DNA of 64,000 nucleotides from Phaeosaccion multiseriatum (taxonomy: Eukaryota > Protista > Ochrophyta, other classes). How positions within the stretch are numbered: position 1 is the stretch's first letter; every line of letters starts with the position of its first letter. The notes below the pieces were generated by a model that saw only the letters and a program-made list of their open reading frames with translations, did not search any database and was not told the origin of the DNA. Positions 1 through 8,756 of this stretch are shown piece by piece. The stretch spans positions 5,890,001 through 5,954,000 of the forward strand of contig OZ218951.1 of the NCBI GenBank assembly GCA_965112735.1, written 5' to 3'. A program made the position numbers and the translations under genes.

Positions 1-83
1 GCTGACGAGAGGCAGATCCTTGCGTAGATGGTAGAAGAAGTATATCACGTGAAGTATATGGTGCTCATCTTCCTCTATCTTAC

Positions 84-3000
84 CGAGCAGGTACGGTCGT
101 TACCATCGCAGTCCACCTGTGAGCCTTCGAACTTGGATGGGTTTCCCGGTTCAGACTGTGGCAGGGTTAGCACGCAGGCAGGCAGGAGTGCACCAGCGGA
201 GCAACAAGAGGTGGTCAGCGGGACGTGAAGAAAGGGAGGATGCAGGGCGTGAGTCTCCAAGCACTACTACAAAGTCAGTGAAAGCCGTTCCACCCATCCA
301 CGAAGGCCGAAGAGAGGTCAGAGATGGGGAGTCTTAGAAGAAGTACATGCATCTCCGTCTTCCTTACCTGGCAGGACCCTACACCAATGCAACCAACCAC
401 TGAATCGAGAGACATGATGCCCTGTTCAAATGCAAGCAGCAGGAGTGCAAGTGGAGCAAGAGGTGGCCAGAGGGACGTGAAGAAAGTGACGATGCAGGGC
501 GTGAGTCTCCAAGCACTATAAAGTAAGTGAAAGCCGTTCCACCCATCCACGAAGGCCGAAGAGACGTCAGAGGTGGGGTAGTCTTAGTAGAAGAAGTACA
601 TGCATGTCCGCCTTCCTTACCAGGCAGGATTGTGGACCAGTGCAAGCGCTGACACCGGCTGTCTGTGTGTTGGAGACACTGGCTCTCTGTGCGCACGCAG
701 GCAGGCAGGAGTGCACCAGTGGAGCAACAAGAGGTGACCAGAGGGACGTGAAGAAGGGGAGGATGCAGGGCGTGAGTCTCCAAGCACTACTACAAAGTCA
801 GTCAAAGCCGTTCCACCCACCCACAAAGGCCGAAGAGAGGTCAGAGGTGGGGTAGTCTTAGTAGAAGAAGTACATGCAGCCATGTCCGTCTTCCTTACCT
901 CGCAGGAACCTGGACCAACGCAAAGCAGATCTGAATCGTCAGACGTGATGTCCTGTTCAAATGCACGCAGCAGGAGTACAAGTGGAGCAAGAGGTGGCCA
1001 GAGGGACGAAAAGAAAGGGAGGATGCAGGGCGTGAGTCTCCAAGCACTATAAACACCCGTCGGTGAAAGCCGTTCCACCCATCCACGAAGGCCGAAGAGA
1101 GGTCAGAGGTGGGGTAGTCTTAGTAGAAGAAGTATATGCATGTCCGTCTTCCTTACCTCGCAGGAATCTGGACCACGGCAAACCACATCTGAAGCGGTAG
1201 ACGTGATGTCCTGTTCAAATGCAAGCAGCAGGAGTACAAGTGGAGCAAGAGGTGGCCAGACGCGAAGAAAAGGAGGATGTTGGGCCTGAGTCTCCGAGAG
1301 AAAGCAGCACACTATGTGAGTAAAAGCCGTACGACGCGAACTACTACTATCATGATCTGCCTCTCAAGGCGATCCGCCATGATTCACTCCCCCCCCCTCT
1401 TTTCCTTCCGTACCGAGCAGGAATCTGATGCGGAGCATTCCGCCCTTGATTGCGAGGTCAACTCAACACCCTGTGTGCAAGCAGGCAGGCAGTTGTGCAC
1501 CAGAGGAGCAACAAGAGGAGGCCAGAGGGACGTGAAGAAAAGGAGCATGCAGGGCGTGAGTCTCCGAGAAAACGAACTTTAAACACGAAGTGAAAGCCGA
1601 ACCAGAGATTGGTGTACTGTGGGGAAGAGTGTACTGTGGGGAAGAGTGGTCAGAGGTGAGGTGTGTGTTACGGTGTCTCCGGGGTGTCGCTCCCCTGACG
1701 GGGGCGAACGGCAGCTTGACTCAAGGGGAAGCAGATGCTTATAACTAGGCTGTTGTCCGCCTTTCTTACCGGGCAGGCGTCCGCAGCAGCGCAGAGCGCA
1801 GTTGCATCCGAGTCAAACGTGGAGTCCTGTTCAAAGGCACGCAGTAGGAGCGAAAGCAAGTGGAGCAACAAGTTTTTGGATGTGAACAAAAGGAGCAGGA
1901 GACTCAGGGCGAGAAGCCAAGCAGTAGACTACTGGCAGCCGGTATGAGCGAGAGCGAAAGCACTACCGGGCGATCTAAAGCAGATGTGCCGCTCAGTACG
2001 ACCCATGCAGGACCCCGGCGGCATGCAACAATACACAAGTGGAAGGAGATGCTTCGAGAACTTGCCTTGCAACAATTCACAAGATCGGCGTTGCAATTAG
2101 CCTGGTGGTGTGGGCAGAGAGAGGAGAGGATGAAAAGGAGGGGGCAGCCAGCAAGCGAGGAGGAGGCAGCGAGCAGGTCAGGCACGTCAGAAGGGGTGCC
2201 AGTGTAAAACAGCAACGCAGGCCAAGTCGTGGGGACCGAGGAGACAGAAAACCAGAAAGATTAGCTGCACGTGCCACCACAAGCCATGATAATGATACGC
2301 ATGACGAAGCTGAAAGAGGAAGCACTAGGGAAGGAAAGCAAGGCCAAGTAGTAGCTAACCTCCCCCTTCCTTCGGGAGAAAACACACAAGGGGAAGCAAG
2401 AGGACTGGGGAAGACTCTACAAGGACCATGACATGTCAATGGGGAAACAAGAACAGATAGGAGTAGAGGATGGAGGAGAGAGAGGATGAGGCCAACAAAA
2501 TAGCAGCAGCAGCAGACAGCAAGGATGGAGAGGACGTCATGAACAGACCCGAGAAAGCCGCCCCTCCCTCACTTCCCACGACGTACCTGTGCACATGGAT
2601 TGATGCATGACTTCGCTCGAGGTGGTCAGAGAGCAGCCACAGCCGCCGCCGGGGAGAGAGAGGAGCGGAGAAGAAGGCGGGGCGCGAGCAAGCAAGGAGG
2701 GGCGAGGGGTAGAGGGTGCCGGTGGATAGTAGCAAGCCAACAACAGGCAGGGAGAAGGAGACAGAACGTGAGAAAGGGCTGCGCGCTGCTCGTGCCTCGT
2801 GCGGCAATGGTGTTCATGACGGAGAGGCAAAAGTGAGCAAATAAAGCAAGGCCACGCTAGGCCAGCAAGCCGTGAGCCCCCCCATTTGGTTTTGGAGACA
2901 ATCTCGGTCCCCATCCCAGCCAAGGGCAACCAATAGGAGGGCGCACAGTTAGTGGTGGGCGAGGAAGACAAGAGGTAGAAAAGAAGAGGGGAACTGAGGA

Positions 3001-5577
3001 GTGCGCACAGCAGACGGGAGCGGCCCGAACGAATGACAGAGAGAGTAAGACCAACACCACAGCAGCAGCATCACCAGGAGCAGCAGGCAGGAGGAGGAGG
3101 AAGAAGATAGGATGCCATGAACAAGCTTAAGACATCTGTCCCTCTCCCAGCCAATTGAGGACGTACTCTGAGACACTCTTCCAGCTCCGGTCCAGACTCA
3201 ATCAGGAACGCGCAATCCTTCGCTCGAGGTGGTAGGGACCACGCACGGCCACCGGCGGGCAGAGAGAGGAGAAGAAAGGAGCAAGAAGGAGGGCAAAAAG
3301 CGAGGAGTGCGACGGGGAGGAGGGTCAGTAGATAACAGCAAGCCAAGTGGCTGGCGGGGACGAGGAGACAGCCAGAACATGTGTAAGAAAGCAAGGGCTG
3401 CTGCTCGTGCCAGCACAATGGTATTCACGACGGAGAGGAAAGATTGAGGAAGCAAGCAAGGTCAACGAAGCGAGACGATGTCATCCCGATGCCCATCCCA
3501 AAGGCAAGCACGCAAGAGAGGCGAGGGAGAAACTGCTAGTACATGTGAGATGAATATGAGAAGATGAGAAGAGGAGGAGGAAGGAGGAGTGAGCACAAGA
3601 GACGGAAGCGGCCGAACGATAGGGCAAGCAAGGAGGGTGAGGCCAAGAACACAGCAGCAGCAACAACAGTAATTGGAGAGTACAAGCCCAGGACATCTTT
3701 CCCTCTCCTTGGTTACTAACCGGAAAACAAGTACCCACGCATCCCTTCGCTCGAGGTGGTGAGACAGCACAGCCGCGGGCGGGCAGAGAGGGGAGAGGAG
3801 AAAGACGGGGACGGGCGAGCGAGGCGGAGCGAGGGGGGGGGACGGTGCCAGTCAAGAACAGCAGGCCAAGTGGCTGGCGCGGAGTGCTGCTCGCGCCGCA
3901 ATGGTGTTCATGACGAGCGGAAAGAGTGAGCAAATAAGAAAGCAAGGCAAGCAAGGCCAAGAAGTAGAATCTTCGGGGGAGGGGGAGACAATCTCGTGCC
4001 CAGCCATCCCAAGAACAAGTAGTAAGCAAGAGGATGGAGCGTGAGGACAACAACGCAGCTGCAGAAGCAGTAGCAGTAGCAGCAGCAGCAGCAGCAGCAA
4101 GAATGGGCTGTAGAGGTCATGAACAGGCCCCGAGAAATCTGTCCCTCTCCCCCACTGCCCTGAGCTACGACGTACAGTCACACAGTCCGGGCATGCCTTC
4201 GCTCGAGGTGGTCAGAGAGCAGCCACGGCCGCCGGCGGGGAGAGAGAGGAGCGGAGAAGAAGGCGGGGGGCGAGCAAGCGAGGAGGAGCGAGGGGTGGAG
4301 GGTGCCAGTGGATTGCAGTCAGCAAGCCAAGCGGCAGGGACAAGGACACAGAACGTGAGAAAGGGCTGCTGCTCGTGTGGCAGCCAATGGTGTTTATGGC
4401 GGAGAGGAAAGAGCGAGCCAACAAGCAAGGCAAGCAAGGCCAAGTATGAACAAGCCCATGAAGAGAAGACAAGCATTCACGGTCACGTCACCATCCAAGC
4501 AGGGCATGCAGCAAGAGGAAGGTGAGGCCAACAACAAAGCAGCCAGCAGCAGCAGAAAGAATGGAGAGGACGTCATGAACAGGCCTGAGAAATCTCCCTC
4601 GCCCGCTGCCCTGTGCTACGACCCACCTGATTCCCAGTAGGACACTCCGCGCACATCTTCGCTCGAGGTGGTGGGAGAGCACGGCCGGCGGCACCAGGCA
4701 GAGAAAGGAGCGAGAGGAACAGGAAAAAGGGGGGCGGGGCAAGCGAGGAGGAGCGAGAGGGGGGCGGGCGGGGGGGAGGGCAGTGGGACGGCAAGCCAAG
4801 AGGCGGGGAGGGAGGAGACAGAACATTAGGATGAGCTGGCTGCTGCAAGTGCCACCACTTGCACAAAGCAATGATCATCCATGAGAGAGCGAGGCCCGAG
4901 CTGAAAGCCAACATACCAGGCAGCAGCCCAGCAGCGGCAGCACCAGGCAAGCAAGAAGGGACAGGATTAACAGGCCCGAAGCAAAATCTGTTCCCCGGCA
5001 CTCTCCCTCGCCTCACTTCCGCCCCAGCTGGTGCTACTGTGACGTACCTGTGAACAATCAATATCCGAAGTACACACCTTCGCCGGCGGCCACCAGGCAC
5101 AGAGAAGAGAGGACCAACCAAGGAGGGGGGGGAAGGAGGAGTAAGCCAGCCAGGCAGCAAGGCAGCGGGCGCAAGAAGTAGCAGCCAAGGCCAAGCAAGA
5201 CGCAACAACCAAACGCTGGGGTTGTTTGTGGAGGTCAGACACTCTCGCCCCCAGCCAACAAGGACACGCAAGAGGAGGGGCAATGGTGCGGCTGCGCCCA
5301 GCAGCCCGCTCTCCTTCACTTACTTCTCCAGAAAAGATGGTCCTCTGGGTGAGCACAGGCATGCAGCCAGGCAGGAGCCAAGGAGACGGAAGAGCAGGCA
5401 GGAAGGAGGAGAGAGGGGAATGTCAACAACATCATCAGCCGCAGCAGTATTGCAGCAGAAATGCATTTAGAACCCCCCCCCAAGTGGTGCTTAACGTACC
5501 GGTAAGACAGCAGGGCAATCGGGAGTGGCAGTTGCCGACGTCCAGAAGGAGAGCAGGATGGCTACAGTCAGCTTCAT
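84..5577 (-). CDS. Secreted Cys-rich protein encoded by a micro-exon gene (at least 16 exons; 3' end runs off the window start)
   Basis: Minus-strand exons: 5577-5500 MKLTVAILLSFWTSATATPDCPAVLP (signal peptide); 5344-5324 RTIFSGE; 5077-5048 VCTSDIDCSQ; 4656-4627 MCAECPTGNQ; 4196-4176 ACPDCVT; 3744-3721 GCVGTCFP; 3217-3167 DCAFLIESGPELEECLR; 2610-2587 SCINPCAQ; 2101-2066 ANCNADLVNCCK (GC donor); 1826-1770 DSTFDSDATALCAAADACP; 1470-1414 GVELTSQSRAECSASDSCS; 1210-1157 DITSTASDVVCRGPDSCE; 952-899 DITSDDSDLLCVGPGSCE; 686-621 RASVSNTQTAGVSACTGPQSCL; 421-368 GIMSLDSVVGCIGVGSCQ; 155-84 SEPGNPSKFEGSQVDCDGNDRTCS. Every internal exon is bounded by AG and GT (one GC), has a length divisible by 3 and contains no stop; 243 aa in total. 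Confidence 0.85.
156..2065 (-). repeat. Intron repeat family A of the micro-exon gene (7 related introns, ~200-300 nt)
   Basis: Plus-strand blocks GATGCAGGGCGTGAGTCTCCAAGCACTA (~240, 491, 763, 1022) and AAAGCCGTTCCACCCATCCACGAAGGCCGAAGAGAGGTCAGAG... recur with a ~250-270 bp period. Most copies start GTAAG on the minus strand. Confidence 0.85.
2102..5323 (-). repeat. Intron repeat family B of the micro-exon gene (degenerate, ~250-560 nt)
   Basis: A shared acceptor end ACCACCTCGAGCGAAG| (plus strand CTTCGCTCGAGGTGGT) occurs at 2611, 3218, 3745, 4197 and 4657, with a variant at 5078. Internal blocks are also shared (CATGAACAG.CC, GACAGAACGTGAGAAAGGGCTG, CAATGGTGTTCATGAC). Confidence 0.8.
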
Positions 5578-5649
5578 CTTTGCGTTGCTATTATTGTAGC
5601 TAAGAAAGTGAGGAGAGACCTGCATGATTCTCGCACTCCCGCTGTTGTG

Positions 5650-6202
5650 GACTTTTCGCCAGGGTAGGGTATGCACTTTCAAAAAGTGCCAACACGGCAT
5701 GGGTAGGGGGGTATGCCGCCCACAGGGCGCGAGAAGGTAGCGGCGCGGTATGGAGGTATGCACCTGCACTAGCATGCCCACACCCGCACACCTCTGCACC
5801 GCCCCCTTGCTTTGCCCCTCCATGTGCCCCCCCCCCAAGTCCTCTCTATCTCTCCCCATCTTCCTCGCTCGTGGTCTCTGCCCCTCTCTCCTGGCCGCAC
5901 CCTGCCCCCCTTGCTCCCACCCTCCTCGGTCGACCCCCCTCTGTCTCTCTCCCTCCCATCTCTCGGCTGCTGTGTCTGCGTCTATCCATTGGCCCTCGCT
6001 CCCCGGACCGAGGCATCACCTACCGTGGCCACTGTCGGTGGTATCGCGGCAGCGGGAACATCTTTGTGAGGGGAACCGGGATTTGAGCACGCGGGTATGG
6101 AGGTATGCTGTACCAAGGGCCCCCGATTGGGACACAGGGGCAGGGGGGTATGCCATTTTGACCCCCTTGCTGAAAGTGCATACCCTACCCTGGCGAAAAG
6201 TC
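5650..6202. mobile_element. MITE-like non-autonomous element with a perfect 32-bp inverted repeat
   Basis: GACTTTTCGCCAGGGTAGGGTATGCACTTTCA (5650-5681) is the exact reverse complement of 6171-6202. Internal direct repeats GGTATGGAGGTATGC and GGGGGGTATGCC are present. There is no coding capacity and no TSD was identified. Confidence 0.6.
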
Positions 6203-7351
6203 GGGGCCCTGAGCGGGCCGAGACAACGAACAGTAAAAAATTTAGAAGTTCATTTAAAAACATTTAAAGTTAAATATATATATTTTTAGTGAATTTTTCC
6301 CGCCCTTTGAACTTGAGCTTCAACCAGGAGGGCCGGAGGGCCATAGTCTAGGGGGGAGATGTGGCCAGGAGCTTCCGACGAACTCATCTGTCGCAAAGAG
6401 GCCAAGGAACTGACCAATAGGATCGCTCACTTGGAAAGAGACGTATTTTCCTCGCAGTCTGTATTCGACCTTACGTTCACAGTGGACCCGATTGGCCGAT
6501 CTTCATGTCAAAGGGTAGGAGCAGAACATTACGCGCATGAGCTATTGTGTGTACAGGCAAGAAATGATGTTGCCAAGGAAATAAGCTGAATATTGCATTT
6601 GTCTCTCTTTCTCTGATGCCTTGACGTGCTACCTGCTACTGCTACCGACCGGCGCCAGCCAGGCTGCTACCCACTACCGCCAGGGGTGGTAGCATGCGAC
6701 CGGCGAACAGATCGGTAGCACATCAGGAGCCGACTCACTACGTAAGCACTGTGAGAAATTCTGAGCCCCACGTCTCACTTGCGGAAACCCGTACATTGAT
6801 CACTGTATGTAGACACGTTGGGCCATTGAGAAATTCCGTGTGCTCCGTCTCACAGATCCATCCCCTCACGAAAAACCCCTATCTTACGTTAGGGGTGGTT
6901 TCCCATCGGTCCGTGTTGGTGGTACAATCGGTGAGAAAATACCGTGCTCAGGTTTCACACAACATCCATGATCGGAAACCACGAAAATTAAGGGCGGTTG
7001 TCGGTTTTCAGCAGGGTTCCCCCTGGAAGGCGGTCTCAACACGCATTTACCAGCACATACTGAGAAAGGGGACCTGACCTGTCTCTTCTAAGTCAAGGAT
7101 CAGCGCTTCCCTCCTCCTCATCCAACCTCTCATACACTCGCCTTTGTGGTGCGTGGGGATTGTACACAGACAGAGAAGATCAAGGGAGTGAGCGCTTATA
7201 AGGACAGTGCGAAACCTACCCTCTTGGTGGACCTGACTCCTTTCCTTATTCCTTTTTTTTTTATTAATAGACCCCCCCCCCCCTCCCATCATACACAGCG
7301 AGGATAATGTCAGCGAGGTAAGCTTGCGAATACCTGTACTCAGCCCTCCCG

Positions 7352-8545
7352 ATGAGGCTTATTCTTCCTTTTTTGCTGCAACAGCTCTCTCCTTCCAGTG
7401 ACGTATACTCACCCCCTTCTTTTGCTTCTCTCCAGTCCGTGAGCCTCTGTAAGGCTATTGTCTTTAAGAAGGGCATCGAGGAAATTCGAACCGCGGCAAG
7501 AGCACTCATCGCCAGGAAAGGAGGGAACAGGACATGCCTCGACGAAGTCATGGGCGTGGAGGAGAGGAAGAGTATTATCCTGATGTGTGGGGGGGAATTT
7601 CCCATAGAGGATTATTTAAGTTGGACCCCGATGGGAATGGTGCTCGTTATGAAAAGCGGACCAGACGTCGTCGGCATGCTTCTCGAAGAAGGGGCTTCTC
7701 CGGACACGCTTGTAGGGCCGGAAGCCATGAGCCCTCTGTGCATGGCAAGCGGCGATTGCACGCCAGCCATCGTCCAGCACCTGTTAGCCGCGGGTGGGGC
7801 GGTGAATGTCGCCTGCGGTAATCTACAGCGAACGCCTCTCCACATTGCTTGTATGAAGAACCACCTTCCCATCACACGGCAACTTCTCGCTGCTGGCGCT
7901 GACGTCGAGAGCCGGTGCAGAGATGACTGGACTCCCCTTCATATGGCTGTATTCGGTGGCCATCTTTCGATCATGAAAGCTCTTCTTGAGGCTGGTGCAA
8001 GCGTTCATGTGCGTGGATCAGCAGAATCCGGAAACGCCTCTCTCCTCCACATTGCTTCCCGAGAAGGGCATCCTCATTTATTTGAGGCACTGCTCTCTGC
8101 CGGGGCCGAGTTGAACAGGTTGACTCATGCGGGAAGCGCCCCTCTTCATGTGGCAGTGCAGTTTGGTCAGGCAACGATGGTGCATAAGCTTCTTGCTGCG
8201 GGGGCGGAGGTGGACAGTGGAGCCCAGTTCACCCCTCTCTTCGCAGCAGCGTATTACAGCCGGGAGTGGGCCATGCAGGAGCTGTTTAGGGCAGGGGCGT
8301 CCCTTCCCAAGGCCCTCAAGGCGGCTCGGCAGCGGGGCCACCCTGAATGTGCGGTTCGCCTCTTGGCCGCGAATAAGCGCTACTCCGACTCTCAGCGTGT
8401 GGTGGACGTGATGCGTGTGTGCGATGGCGTCTGCTGGGAGAAGGAGGGGCGCAGTCAGCAGAAGGGAGGGCCGTTGCAGAGGGGACTTCGGCCGGAAGCC
8501 CTGGAGCTGATCGCCGCTGCGGCGATCGCCGATGAGGTGCCTTGA
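7352..8545 (+). CDS. Ankyrin-repeat protein
   Basis: About 6 ankyrin repeats (SPLCMA, TPLHIAC..NH, TPLHMAVFGGH, SLLHIASREGH, APLHVAVQFGQ, TPLFAAA, each followed by an LL.AGA-type motif). The true start may be a short upstream exon (ATG 7307, donor 7318). Confidence 0.9.
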   Translation: MRLILPFLLQQLSPSSDVYSPPSFASLQSVSLCKAIVFKKGIEEIRTAARALIARKGGNRTCLDEVMGVEERKSIILMCGGEFPIEDYLSWTPMGMVLVMKSGPDVVGMLLEEGASPDTLVGPEAMSPLCMASGDCTPAIVQHLLAAGGAVNVACGNLQRTPLHIACMKNHLPITRQLLAAGADVESRCRDDWTPLHMAVFGGHLSIMKALLEAGASVHVRGSAESGNASLLHIASREGHPHLFEALLSAGAELNRLTHAGSAPLHVAVQFGQATMVHKLLAAGAEVDSGAQFTPLFAAAYYSREWAMQELFRAGASLPKALKAARQRGHPECAVRLLAANKRYSDSQRVVDVMRVCDGVCWEKEGRSQQKGGPLQRGLRPEALELIAAAAIADEVP

Positions 8546-8756
8546 GGGACGAGGGAGGGTGCGTGCAGCGACGTGCAGCGATCAGCAAACGGCGTGGGAG
8601 GGAGGACAGTGCCCGAAGTGCTCAAGTGGGGGATGATGTGCCGGAGCAGAAGCTGCGTGAGTGCTATTCGCTGGTACTGCGCACACGCTGTCTGAGGGCC
8701 CAAAGGAGAGAGATGGGGGGGGGGGGCAAGGAATGATGAAGTGAAAGCTCTTGTGT

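Noticed and set aside
1-20. Possible further exon (AAG|GATCTGCCTCTCGTCAGC, DLPLVS...)
   Set aside because: It is truncated by the window edge and would need a ~65-nt intron, so it cannot be supported.
1-2000. CRISPR-like or satellite interpretation of the repeat/variable-spacer pattern
   Set aside because: The repeats are ~200 nt with GT...AG ends, the 'spacers' are in-frame exons, there are no cas genes and the context is eukaryotic.
2003-2050. Alternative exon reading ...CCMPPGSCM
   Set aside because: No phase-0 GT donor follows it; the 2101-2066 exon with a consensus GC donor fits better.
28-5603. The many 60-250 aa ORFs listed in the ORF track
   Set aside because: They are read-throughs of repeated introns; only the short embedded exon segments are plausibly coding.
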